Part shown: positions 41,127 to 51,204 of the stretch, one piece after another | Layout: every line of letters starts with the position of its first letter | Position numbering within the stretch: the first letter of the stretch is position 1 | The notes under the pieces: generated by a model | Database searches by the model: none | What the model was told of the DNA's origin: nothing | The model's input: the letters and a program-made list of their open reading frames with translations, nothing else | Program-made: the position numbers and the translations under genes | Assembly: GCA_040752695.1 (NCBI GenBank) | Contig: JBFMGO010000009.1 | Coordinates: forward strand, 9,789-73,788 | Direction: 5' to 3' | Length of the DNA stretch: 64,000 nucleotides | Origin: a bacterium | GTDB taxonomy: Bacteria; SZUA-182; DTGQ01

Positions 41127-43823
41127 TCAATCTCCCTTGGCTAATCTTTCTATCCTTACTGCACATACTTTCAGTTCCGGAATCTTGGCCACCGGATCGA
41201 TCGCTGTATTGGTTAAGGTATTAGCTGGGGACTCGCGAAAATGGAAGGGAAGGAATACCACTCCTTGAGAGAGTCTGTCAGTAATCAGGGCCTTCACCCT
41301 GATCTCTCCCCTTCTGGACTTTACTAAAATTTCCTCCTCGGAGAGGATATTGATGGATTTGGCATCCTGCTCACTGATTTCCAGATACCCTTCAGGGCAA
41401 ATTTCATCCAAGGGAGCCACCCGCCGGGTCATCGATCCCGTGTGGTAATGAAACAGCCTTCTTCCCGTAGTCAGAGTAAAGGGATATTCCGTATCGGCTA
41501 TTTCAGCCGGAGAGGAGTATTCAACAGGTGTAAACTTGCCCAGTCCCCGGGAGAATCGGCGATGATGCAGGTACTTTGTCCCCTGGTGCTGAGGAGTAGG
41601 ACAGGGCCACTGCAACCCTCCCTCTTCCTCTATTCTCTTGTAGGTTATCCCTCCATAGATAGGAGTCAATTCGGCAATCTCCTGCAAGATCTCCAAAGGG
41701 GAGGAATAGTGCATGGGATAGCCCATTGCGGTGGCGAGATCACAGATGATCTGCCAGTCACTCCTAGCCTCTTCAACCGGAACAAGGGCTTGATTCATCT
41801 TCTGGACCCTTCGTTCCGTATTGGTAACCGTACCTTCCTTTTCGGCGAAACTCACTGCCGGCAAAACAACATCCGCCAATTGAGCGGTCTCTGTTAAAAA
41901 TATATCCTGAACAACGAGAAAGTCAAGAGATTCGAGCTCTTTTTTTACTTTATTCAGATCGGGATCGCTCAGCATCGGATTTTCACCCATGATATAGAGT
42001 CCCTTGATCTCGCCGGTCAGTGCTCGATGAAACATCTCGGTGACTGTCAAACCCGGTTTATTCGATAAAGAGACACCCCATTTATCCTCAAACCTGAGCA
42101 AAATCTGAGGATCAGCAACGCTCTGATAGCCTGGAAAGACATTGGGCAGGCATCCCATGTCACACGCGCCCTGGACATTATTTTGCCCCCTGAGCGGATT
42201 GACGCCGGAATTTTCCTTGCCCACATTACCGGTCAGCATGGCCAGATTCGCTACAGCCAAAACGTGATTGGTGCCGGAGCTGTGCTGAGTAATACCCATG
42301 GCATAAAGGATGGTGGCTGTTTCTGCCCGTGCATAAGCCCGGGCAGCCTCCTGGATCAATGACCCAGGAACGCCTGTTATCTGCGATACCTTCTTGAGGT
42401 CGTATTGGTCAATGACCGCCTTGAAGGCTTCGTACCCTTCGGTACGCTCCTCAATGAAGCGCTGATCTGCAAGCCCCTCGTCTATGATCACTTTCATCAT
42501 GCCATTCAAGAGGGCCACATTGGTTCCTGGCCGCAGTTGCAGCCAGATATCGGCTATGCGGGTCAGTGCGATCGGCCTCGGATCGGCTACGATCAGGGTG
42601 CTTCCGTTTTTCCTGACTGCCTTCTTAACCTGAAGGCCGACAATGGGATGAGCTTCGGTTGTATTGGAACCGATAACCAGAATTGCCTGAGCCTGGCCAA
42701 TTTCGGCGATTGAGTTGGTCATGGCTCCACTGCCAAACGCTGTGGCTAGACCAGCCACGGTAGAGCTGTGTCAAAGCCTGGCGCAGTGATCGACATTGTT
42801 TGTGCCTAAAACCCCCCTCACAAATTTCTGAAAGAGGTAATTTTCCTCATTGGTACACCGGGCCGAACTAAGACCAGCCAGGCTGTTATTTCCGTGCTGG
42901 TTCTTGATCTGCTGGAATTTTTTGGCCACAAGGTTTAAGGCATCATCCCACGAAGCTCTGACATGTTGGCCATTCTTTTTGATAAGAGGATATTTCAAGC
43001 GGTCAGGATGCTGAACAAACCCATAGCCAAATCTTCCCTTGCTGCACAGATAGCCTTCATTTAAAGAAGCGCTATCCGAATGAAGATTGACGATCTTGTT
43101 CTCCCTGATATGAAGTGTCAGATTACAGCCGCATCCGCAGTAAGGGCAGACCGTCTTAACCCATTTCGACTGCCATTTCCTGCCCTGCTGTTTGGAAGGC
43201 TTGGCAGTCAAAGCCCCTACGGGACAGGAAGCAAGGCACTGGCCGCAAAACTCGCAGTTGAGCTTTCGATCGTAAGGGGTGCCGATTCTGGTTTGAAATC
43301 CCCTGCCAATAAACCCGATAGCTGCAACGCCCTGCACTTCATCGCAGACACGCACGCATCGGCCGCACAAAATACACTTGCTGTTGTCCCGCTCGATAAA
43401 AGGATTGGTATCATCGATACTATCGGTCCTCTTCTCACCCGCAAGCCTGGTATCTTTTAATCCGTATTGGTAGGCCAGGTCCTGAAGCAGACAATCACCG
43501 GCTTTTTCACAAAACATGCAGTCTTGAGCATGATCGGAAAGAAGCAGCTCAACAATCAGCTTCCGGTAGGTATCGATCCTCTCCGACTCGGTCCGGATTT
43601 TCATACCCGCAGCGATAAAGGTAGAGCAGGCGGGAACGAGTTTGGGGAGCCCCGCAACCTCCACCAGGCACAGACGGCAGGCACCAAAAGGGCTCAAATC
43701 CCGGCAGTCGCACAGGGTGGGAATCAAGACCGTATTTCCCCTGGCAACCTCCAGAATGGTCTTTCCGGGACTGGCGGCGATTTCTTTTCCATTCATGGAT
43801 ATGTATATTTTTTTTTCTTCCAT
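41127..43823 (-). CDS. fdhA: Formate dehydrogenase catalytic subunit, selenocysteine-containing (NuoG-like N-terminal 2Fe-2S/4Fe-4S domains plus Mo-bisPGD domain); read through the in-frame TGA at 42771-42773
   Basis: Two ORFs in the same frame are separated only by TGA. The context '[25 protein letters not shown]' is the canonical FdhF/FdhA selenocysteine site. N-terminus has 2Fe-2S ('[16 protein letters not shown]') and 4Fe-4S ('[13 protein letters not shown]', '[12 protein letters not shown]') clusters. Confidence 0.85.
42742..42758 (-). promoter_or_regulatory. Bacterial SECIS-like hairpin (GUGGCU-GGUCU-AGCCAC) 13 nt downstream of the Sec UGA
   Basis: Perfect 6-bp stem with an apical loop containing GGUC, as in the E. 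coli fdhF SECIS apex (UGCA-GGUC-UGCA). Spacing from UGA is typical. Confidence 0.6.
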
Positions 43824-43835
43824 GTGCGATTTCCT

Positions 43836-45683
43836 TTATATAATTGCCTGGGCCGGGCAATTCTCGATACAGGTTCTGCATCGGATACATCGGTCCTTGT
43901 CAATCGCAGCCACCGTCTTGGGTTTCCATTCAACTGCACCTGCCGGACACGCCTTTTGGCAAAGACCGCATTTTTTGCACAGTTCCTGAGCTACCTCAAA
44001 CTTTACCAGGGCGCTGCAAACGTGGGCCGGGCATCTTTTCTCCAGAATATGGGCCCGATATTCGTCCATAAAATACCGGATAGTGCTCAAGACCGGATTC
44101 GGGGCTGTCTGACCAAGGCCGCACAATGCTGTGGATCTTATCCCTTCCGCCAGCTCTTTGAGTAGTTCCAGATCGGACTCTTTTCCGTTTCCTTCGGTGA
44201 TTCGAGTAACAATCTCGAGCATCCTTTTGGTTCCGATACGGCAGGGGACACACTTTCCACAGGATTCATTTTGAATGAATTCCAGGAAAAACCGGGCTAC
44301 ATCGACCATGCAGTTGGCCGCATCCATGACCACCATCCCGCCGGATCCCATAATGGCTCCCAGGCTGATCAGAGAGTCATAATCTATGGGAGTATCGAGG
44401 TATTCCTCCGAAATACAGCCACCGGAAGGGCCTCCCAGTTGCACCGCCTTGAATTTCCTTCCCCTCGGAGGCCCTCCGCCAATACCGAAAACGACCTCCC
44501 GCAGGGTTATCCCCATCGGAACTTCCACCAGCCCGGTATTATTGACCTTGCCAGCCAGGGCGAATATCTTTGTCCCTTTACTTTTCTCCGTGCCGATTCC
44601 TGCATACCACTGAGCGCCTCTGGAGATAACAAAAGGTATATTAGCAAAGGTTTCAACGTTGTTAATATTTGAAGGCTTACCCCATAAGCCCTTGTGAGCA
44701 GGGAACGGAGGCCGCGGACGGGGCATACCTCTTTTGCCCTCTATTGAAGCCATGAGAGCGGTTTCTTCTCCGCAGACAAATGCTCCTGCTCCTTCTTTTA
44801 TGTGCAAATCAAAAGAAAAATCTTTTCCCAGGATGTTCTGGCCTAAAATTCCGAGCTCCTGTACTTGGGATATGGCTATTTTGAGGTTGGATATAGCTAA
44901 AGGATATTCAGCTCTGGCATACACGTACCCTTGGCTGCATCCTATGGCATACCCCGCTATAAGCATCCCTTCCAGCACCTGATGGGGATTGCCTTCCAGA
45001 AGGCTCCGGTCCATAAAGGCTCCGGGATCCCCTTCATCCGCATTGCAGATCAAATACTTAGGCTCTCCTTTGGCCTTTGCGCAAAACTCCCACTTGAGAC
45101 CTGTTAAAAATCCCGCACCACCCCGGCCACGGAGGCCCGACTTTTTCACCTCCTCAATGACCTGCTCTGGGGTCATTTCAAAAATTACTTTGAGAAAAGC
45201 ATCATATCCTCCAACACTGATGTAATCCTCTACATTCGTGGGATCAATGAGGCCATTGTAGTGAAATACCACCCGCTTTTGATTTTTATAAAAGGGAACA
45301 TCATAAGTGTATACATACTTCTGTTTTGTCTTTGGGTCTTTGTATAACAGCTTTTCGATAAACTCGCCCTTCTCAATGGTCCGCTCAATGATATCAGGCA
45401 CATCATCTACCGATACCTGATGGTAAAAGATATCATCCGGCAATATAACCACAATCGGGCCTTTTTCGCAAAAACCATGGCACCCAGTCTTTTTAATGCT
45501 TACCGTGTTTGATAGTCCTCTTTTTTCTATTTCTTCTTGAAAAGTCTGGATGAGTTTTCCGCTGCCAAAGGCAACACATCCTGTACCTTTACAAACACTG
45601 ATAATCTTTTTATTCTGATCCTTTTGTCCTCTTAAGGCTTCCCTTAAACTGACAAAATCCTCTCTTGAGTTAATCCTTCTCAT
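43836..45683 (-). CDS. NuoF-like NAD(P)H-binding flavoprotein subunit (FMN, thioredoxin-like 2Fe-2S N-domain, C-terminal 2x[4Fe-4S] ferredoxin); FDH beta / HndC-like
   Basis: 'GRGGAGFLTGLKW', 'ICNADEGDPGAFMDR', 'ESCGKCVPCRIG', and C-terminal 'CKKCGLCQKACP...CIRCRTCIENCP'. Confidence 0.85.
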   Translation of the reverse strand: MRRINSREDFVSLREALRGQKDQNKKIISVCKGTGCVAFGSGKLIQTFQEEIEKRGLSNTVSIKKTGCHGFCEKGPIVVILPDDIFYHQVSVDDVPDIIERTIEKGEFIEKLLYKDPKTKQKYVYTYDVPFYKNQKRVVFHYNGLIDPTNVEDYISVGGYDAFLKVIFEMTPEQVIEEVKKSGLRGRGGAGFLTGLKWEFCAKAKGEPKYLICNADEGDPGAFMDRSLLEGNPHQVLEGMLIAGYAIGCSQGYVYARAEYPLAISNLKIAISQVQELGILGQNILGKDFSFDLHIKEGAGAFVCGEETALMASIEGKRGMPRPRPPFPAHKGLWGKPSNINNVETFANIPFVISRGAQWYAGIGTEKSKGTKIFALAGKVNNTGLVEVPMGITLREVVFGIGGGPPRGRKFKAVQLGGPSGGCISEEYLDTPIDYDSLISLGAIMGSGGMVVMDAANCMVDVARFFLEFIQNESCGKCVPCRIGTKRMLEIVTRITEGNGKESDLELLKELAEGIRSTALCGLGQTAPNPVLSTIRYFMDEYRAHILEKRCPAHVCSALVKFEVAQELCKKCGLCQKACPAGAVEWKPKTVAAIDKDRCIRCRTCIENCPAQAII

Positions 45684-45811
45684 AACCCACCCGCTCTCCT
45701 GTTGTCATTGCGATACCCTGATACCTCACAGGCAAAATAACTCGCGGATGCCTCTCTGCCAGAAAGACATGATGCCCGCCAGCAGTGCTTAATGACTTTT
45801 TGGAAATAACG

Positions 45812-46288
45812 TTATTCGTCATGGTGCGATAAACAAGCCAAGATATTATCTATCTTTTGTGGCGTTACCTTATCATAATAAATGTCATCAACCACCATCA
45901 CCGGAGCTAAAGCACACGCACCCAGACAGCCTACCGTCTCTAAAGTAAACGTACGGTCTAAAGTTGTTTCTCCTTCATCTATCTGCAATTTCTCTTTCAG
46001 CACGTCTAAAACGGTCTTACTCCCTTTTACATGACAGGCTGTCCCCCGGCAGACCTTTAGTACGTGTTTTCCTCTCGGCTGAGTATAAAACTGAGCATAA
46101 AAAGTGATAACCCCATAGATTTCACTCGACGGAATGTTTAACCTTTCGACAATCAGGTCAACAGCAACTTCCGGAATATAGGTATAATGTTCCTGTATTT
46201 TTTGAAGGACGGGGATGAGCGCACCTTTCTTATTCTGATAGTCCTTCAATAATTCCCTTGTATAGGTTAGATTTATGTTTTCATCCAT
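45812..46288 (-). CDS. NuoE-like 2Fe-2S thioredoxin-fold subunit (HndA-like)
   Basis: 'VCRGTACHVKGS...CLGACALAPVMVVDD' is the NuoE cluster-binding pattern. Confidence 0.8.
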   Translation of the reverse strand: MDENINLTYTRELLKDYQNKKGALIPVLQKIQEHYTYIPEVAVDLIVERLNIPSSEIYGVITFYAQFYTQPRGKHVLKVCRGTACHVKGSKTVLDVLKEKLQIDEGETTLDRTFTLETVGCLGACALAPVMVVDDIYYDKVTPQKIDNILACLSHHDE

Positions 46289-46912
46289 GCTGATACCCTC
46301 AATTTAGCCAACCACTACGACCTTCAAGGTCGGCGATTCTATCATAAAACGCTGTTATTTTCTTATTTTCGGTAACTATTAAAAAAACAATAGATTACTC
46401 AGCGCATCTTTTCTGCAAGATAAGCTTTTTGGTAAAATAGAACTCTATTCTATCAAAAAAAGATCGAATGTAAAGAAAAAAATCAACAGGTAGCAATATT
46501 ACTGAATTTTAAAAGCCTTACCATATCTTATTAAGGTTATGACTATCCCTTCTTACATGGTATTTTTTTCTCTGCTCCGGCTGTAGTCCTGATTCTTCCA
46601 AAATGCCTGTGGACTAGCTGAGAGGGGACTTTTCCTTCTTTTATACACAAGAATGACCGAAACTTAAGATTTTCTCATACCGATAATTTTCGCGGAAGCC
46701 ACGCTGAATTTCTACACCCTGTACACGAGATATACCCTTTAAAAAATAAATATTTCCCTTCTTTTTTTCGATAAATACTATCCGAAGAAATGCCGATACA
46801 TCTTTAGCAAAATCACTACTGGAGTCTGGTTTTTTTAAGGCTTTGCGCTGTCTCATGATTCTCGCGGGTATGAGATAAATTCTGGAACTTTAAAGCTCAA
46901 AGGTCCCTATAA

Positions 46913-47512
46913 GTGATGATAAACGATAATATTAATTTTCAGCTCAGAAACTTACAGCTTTTTCGAAATGGCTCTGAACTTGCCTCCCTTCGCCTGGAAT
47001 ATTACAAAGTTTACGGTCTGCTTTTCGAATCACCCTCTGAAAAATTAAAAGACCTTCTCTCCATCGAGGAAAACATGGAGATATTACATGAAGAATATCT
47101 GAATTTATTTATCCGCCCCAATACGAAATATGTATTCCCCTGTGGCTCAGCCTATAAAAAACAGAGGAGGAAAAAGAGGAACATCGTCCTTTTTCTTGCA
47201 GGCAATGGCGTGGACAGACAACGGCCTGATGATCATGTCCTGGTTGGTTTGAACTACATGCGGTTTTTGATCGAAAGGGAAAAGCGTCAGTGGCTAAGAA
47301 AAAACTCTCTGGAAGCCCTGGATCTTCTGCATCAACAACAGGATTATCTTCTTGGCCACCTTTACTGGTTGCCGGATTTATGTGCCGAAATACTGAAGAA
47401 AACGACTTCCCGGTTCTATCGTAATGCAGCCTTGAATCTCGAGAGTTTTTTTCAGCTCGAAAAACTTCTTTTGGAAATCATCCTCCTGAAAAGGGCAAGC
47501 ATGATGAATTGA
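46913..47512 (+). CDS. Possible TorD/DmsD-family redox-enzyme maturation chaperone
   Basis: 'YLNLFIRP...PDDHVLVGLNYMRFLIE' resembles the TorD-family core ('PDDHIGVELEFM'). Divergent from the FDH operon across a 620-bp AT-rich intergenic region. Confidence 0.4.
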   Translation: MMINDNINFQLRNLQLFRNGSELASLRLEYYKVYGLLFESPSEKLKDLLSIEENMEILHEEYLNLFIRPNTKYVFPCGSAYKKQRRKKRNIVLFLAGNGVDRQRPDDHVLVGLNYMRFLIEREKRQWLRKNSLEALDLLHQQQDYLLGHLYWLPDLCAEILKKTTSRFYRNAALNLESFFQLEKLLLEIILLKRASMMN

Positions 47513-47608
47513 TCGAACTATTTGATGAATTGATCGGAGGAAAAAAGGAAAGGGAAAGGAAATTGGTGCTTTTCCTTTGTGGTTCAAAGGACCCGTTGCA
47601 GCATACTG

Positions 47609-48955
47609 CTAATGCATGCCCCGCGCTTCAGCCTGGCCTGCCTCGCCTGCCTTGATAACGGCATATTTTGTGGAAACCGGCCCGATAACTTCAGTAAATA
47701 TGGTCGTAAAGAGCAGGATATTAATGACCCAGGTGCTCATTTCCGCTCCAATGGCGAATTTCTGAAAGTCTCTCTGGATAATCATTGCCAGACCGACTGC
47801 CACCCCGATCTGTGACAAAAGGCCAAACCCCAGATATTTTTGTACTACCTCAGGAGCATGGGAAATGCGGGCGCCAAAGGAAGCTCCCAAAATTTTACCG
47901 GCTATGCGCATCACAAGGTAGGTAAGCCCCAATAATCCGATCACCCGGACCAGCCCGATTCTCAGGTGCGCGCCTGCCAGGACAAAAAACATACAATAGA
48001 TTGGCGGGGCAATAGTGTCCGTCATTTGAAAAACCTTCCGGCTGGCGTGCGGAAGAGCATTGCTCAGGACGATTCCAAGTGCCATGCAGGAGAGCAATTC
48101 ATCGAGGCCAAGAAGCAGGGCAATTCCTGTAGCGGACAAAAGAATTCCCACGGCAGCAATCAGTAAATCCGTCCTGTCCTGAATCCGGATAACGGCAAAG
48201 CTTAAAATCGCGCCCGCAGCAGCGCCGATCAGGATTGCCAGAGTGATGTCCTTTAATGGGATAAAGATCATCGATTTGAGAATACCGGTCCAAAACCGGT
48301 CCGGTGCTGCCCCACCAGCTTGCTGCATCGAAAGGAAGGCTTTGGCCATGGCTGATGAAAACCCGTAAAGGATCAGAGCAATGGCATCATCGATAGCGAC
48401 CACGGCGATCAGGGTTTTGGTTAAGTCCCCTCTGGCCCTAGTTTCATTCAAAACCATAAGCGTTGCGGCCGGTGCCGTGGCCGAAGCTACAGCCGCAAGG
48501 ACCAGAGCAATCGAGATATATTGATATGAATTACCCTCTTTCATAACCCAGGGGAGAATAAGATATGAGGAGATTCCAACCAGGATGAACGCTCCTGAGG
48601 CTTCGCAGATACTGATCACGGTGATCGCTTTCCCCAGCCTCTTCAAGGAATCAGCCTGAAGTTGCGCCCCTACTGAAAAAGCGATAAAGCTGAGAGCCAG
48701 AGGAGTGAGAACTTCTCCACTCAACATGTTAAACCGGGGGCCTTGAAAAACCCCAAAAATCGACTCCCCAAGTACAAACCCAACCAGCACATATCCGGCA
48801 ACTGCAGGAACCTTGACCCTGTTCATCAAAAGCCCCACGGTCACGCCTGCGATCGCTGCCAGCCCCAGAGAAAAGAATCCGTTCATGTGAGAAAAAAAAC
48901 TTCCCCAATGTTGAAGCGCTAAAATTGCTCCGACCTCCTTACTATCTGCTTTCAC
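47609..48955 (-). CDS. Monovalent cation:proton antiporter (CPA1/CPA2, Na+/H+ exchanger family)
   Basis: About 12 predicted TM helices, 'VAGYVLVGFVLGESIFG' N-terminal pattern typical of KefB/NhaP-type exchangers. Confidence 0.75.
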   Translation of the reverse strand: MKADSKEVGAILALQHWGSFFSHMNGFFSLGLAAIAGVTVGLLMNRVKVPAVAGYVLVGFVLGESIFGVFQGPRFNMLSGEVLTPLALSFIAFSVGAQLQADSLKRLGKAITVISICEASGAFILVGISSYLILPWVMKEGNSYQYISIALVLAAVASATAPAATLMVLNETRARGDLTKTLIAVVAIDDAIALILYGFSSAMAKAFLSMQQAGGAAPDRFWTGILKSMIFIPLKDITLAILIGAAAGAILSFAVIRIQDRTDLLIAAVGILLSATGIALLLGLDELLSCMALGIVLSNALPHASRKVFQMTDTIAPPIYCMFFVLAGAHLRIGLVRVIGLLGLTYLVMRIAGKILGASFGARISHAPEVVQKYLGFGLLSQIGVAVGLAMIIQRDFQKFAIGAEMSTWVINILLFTTIFTEVIGPVSTKYAVIKAGEAGQAEARGMH

Positions 48956-49164
48956 ATTTTAAAGACTGAGATTATAGCAGGATATTTCAAGATCGGCAAG
49001 GATTAATCCAAAATTAATGTAACCCTTCATCTCCTGTAAGGAACCTCTTGGGATTATTCATGAAATATGATATACATGAGGACGGTGTCCGAAGAGGGTT
49101 CTTTCCTTTGGATACTGAATTACGACGGCCGATAGAAGAGCTGCAAAGATGAGGAGGTACTTAT

Positions 49165-49686
49165 TTGAGAAACAATAAACTCACGCACTTCGACGAGCAT
49201 GGGCAGGCCCGCATGGTGGATGTCAGTTCTAAAAGCGCAACAGCCCGCGAAGCCAGAGCCCGGGGCACCGTCTTCATGCTGCCCGAGACCCTCGATGCCA
49301 TCATGCACGACGGGATAAAAAAGGGGAACGCCTTAGAGGTGGCCAAAATCGCCGGTATCATGGCCGCCAAACGCACTGCATCTCTTATCCCGCTCTGTCA
49401 TCCGATTCCTTTAACTGCCATCGATCTTTCTTTCTCTCTCGATGATACCCAAAGCTCAATCACCATAGAGTCCATGGTCAAAACCACGGGACAGACCGGA
49501 GTCGAAATGGAGGCCCTGGTCGCGGTTTCCGTTGCAGCACTCACCCTCTATGACATGTGCAAGGCCGTGGACCGGGCCATGAGCATTTCCAATATCCTTC
49601 TGACGAAAAAAAGCGGAGGTAAAAGCGGAACCTTTATCCGCGAGGAAAACGGAACGTGTAGCCAAAAGGAAGGAGCAGAGCCTTGA
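49165..49686 (+). CDS. moaC: Cyclic pyranopterin monophosphate synthase accessory protein MoaC
   Basis: 'ASLIPLCHPIPL' and 'TGVEMEALVAVSVAALTLYDMCKAVD' are MoaC signatures. Confidence 0.85.
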   Translation: MRNNKLTHFDEHGQARMVDVSSKSATAREARARGTVFMLPETLDAIMHDGIKKGNALEVAKIAGIMAAKRTASLIPLCHPIPLTAIDLSFSLDDTQSSITIESMVKTTGQTGVEMEALVAVSVAALTLYDMCKAVDRAMSISNILLTKKSGGKSGTFIREENGTCSQKEGAEP

Positions 49687-50480
49687 GCGATATCCCCCTT
49701 ATCGACTCACACGCGCACATGGATATGAAGCAGTTTGATGAGGACCTTGATACGGTCATCCAATCTGCCAGGAAGGCCGGAGTGCAAAAGATACTCACGG
49801 TAGCGCTCAGCATTCCCGGAGCACAAAAAACCCTGCACATCTGCCGCCAGTATCCGGATCTTTTCCTGGCCGCACTTGGCATCCACCCGCATGACGCTCA
49901 AAAAATCACCGACAAGACCCTCGATCAGATAGCATCGACTCTTAGCTCCCAGCCTTTTTTTGTTGCCCTGGGAGAGATAGGTCTTGATTATTATCGAGAC
50001 CTATCGCCTAGAGAAGATCAAAAGCGCCTGTTCCGCGCTCAGATCCGCCTGGCCAGAGAATTAAACCTTCCGGTGTTGATTCATTGCCGCGACGCTCATG
50101 CCGATACCCTTTCTATCATGACCGAAGAAGGTGTATCCCGCATCGGTGGAGTCATGCATTGCTTTTCCGGCGATAAAGCCTTTGCCCGTAATTGCCTGAA
50201 GCTCAACCTTATCATTTCCTTTGCCGGGCCGCTGACCTATAAGAATTCGACCACTCTAAAGCACGTTTGCCACGAAACCCCGCTCGACCGGATACTGACC
50301 GAAACGGATTGCCCTTACCTGGCGCCCGTGCCCCATAGAGGGGAAAGAAACGAACCTGCCTTTGTGGCTGCCGTGACGCATACAATCGCCGAAATCAAAA
50401 AAATCTCCTCCCAGGAGGCGGCCTCACAGATCGCCGCTAATTTCAATCAACTATTTAAGCAAAAATCATCCGTCAAATAG
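49683..50480 (+). CDS. tatD: TatD-family metal-dependent hydrolase
   Basis: 'LIDSHAHMDM', 'GEIGLDYY', 'LPVLIHCRDA' motifs. Overlaps moaC by 4 nt. Confidence 0.8.
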   Translation: MSDIPLIDSHAHMDMKQFDEDLDTVIQSARKAGVQKILTVALSIPGAQKTLHICRQYPDLFLAALGIHPHDAQKITDKTLDQIASTLSSQPFFVALGEIGLDYYRDLSPREDQKRLFRAQIRLARELNLPVLIHCRDAHADTLSIMTEEGVSRIGGVMHCFSGDKAFARNCLKLNLIISFAGPLTYKNSTTLKHVCHETPLDRILTETDCPYLAPVPHRGERNEPAFVAAVTHTIAEIKKISSQEAASQIAANFNQLFKQKSSVK

Positions 50481-50541
50481 CCCGACCGCCCTTCCTTTGA
50501 CAGCCCGGCAGAAATCGCCCCCCTCCCCTGGAACAGCCTTC

Positions 50542-51204
50542 CTAAAATTCAACCATGAACCCGATGGAAAGAAGTAATCCCTTAGGATCGAGATACCCGG
50601 TCCCCTCCTCACCCTCGGGCAATTCCTCATCAGCATAGTCCGCATTGAAAAGCTTCAGATATCTGGCCTCAAATACCAGATAGCTGTTATTGACTCCATA
50701 TTTTTGATCGAAGTTGAAAGCATCGTCAGCAGCCAGAGCATCAAGCAAAAGGCGAATCCCTGCCACTGCATGATACCCGGCCTCGTTCAGATAGGTGGGC
50801 TGAATGTCTTCAGCCAGTTCTAATCTGCCTGTTCTCCCGTAGACATAGTCAATTCCTCCGCCCAGATAGGGAACGAAAAACTGGTCCTGACTATAACGCA
50901 TGGCATAGGTCATGCTCAGCCCCACGGGGATCAGATAGACGGACCATTCACTGGCCGTAACATGTACATAATCCGCACTGATTCCAAGCTCAATATTTTT
51001 CATAACTTCCTTATTCAGCCTCAATCCTCCAAAGGCGGAATAGCCCTTACCGAAGGCCGTACTCCACTTATCGTTATCCGAAGGCCGGTAAAACCCGCCT
51101 CTTAGTTCCAAGGAGGTTCCCTTCCTGATGGATTCAGCCCTGGCCACTGTCGGTGCACTGAAAAGGAGAATGAATGCCACGAAAGCCACTACCTTCTTAC
51201 TCAT
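50542..51204 (-). CDS. Outer-membrane beta-barrel-like protein (OmpW/OmpA-like small barrel) with its own RBS and signal peptide; in frame with the upstream giant ORF
   Basis: Perfect SD 'AAGGAG' 6 nt before ATG 51204. 'MSKKVVAFVAFILLFSAPTVARA' is a signal peptide. Alternating amphipathic strands, C-terminal '...SIGFMVEF' (terminal Phe beta-signal). Confidence 0.5.
   Translation of the reverse strand: MSKKVVAFVAFILLFSAPTVARAESIRKGTSLELRGGFYRPSDNDKWSTAFGKGYSAFGGLRLNKEVMKNIELGISADYVHVTASEWSVYLIPVGLSMTYAMRYSQDQFFVPYLGGGIDYVYGRTGRLELAEDIQPTYLNEAGYHAVAGIRLLLDALAADDAFNFDQKYGVNNSYLVFEARYLKLFNADYADEELPEGEEGTGYLDPKGLLLSIGFMVEF

Noticed and set aside
48956-49164. Possible Moco riboswitch upstream of moaC (contains 'CCGAAGAGGG...CTTTCCTTTGG')
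   Set aside because: Only a vague resemblance to the Moco RNA consensus and no convincing multi-stem architecture by eye. A covariance-model search would be needed.
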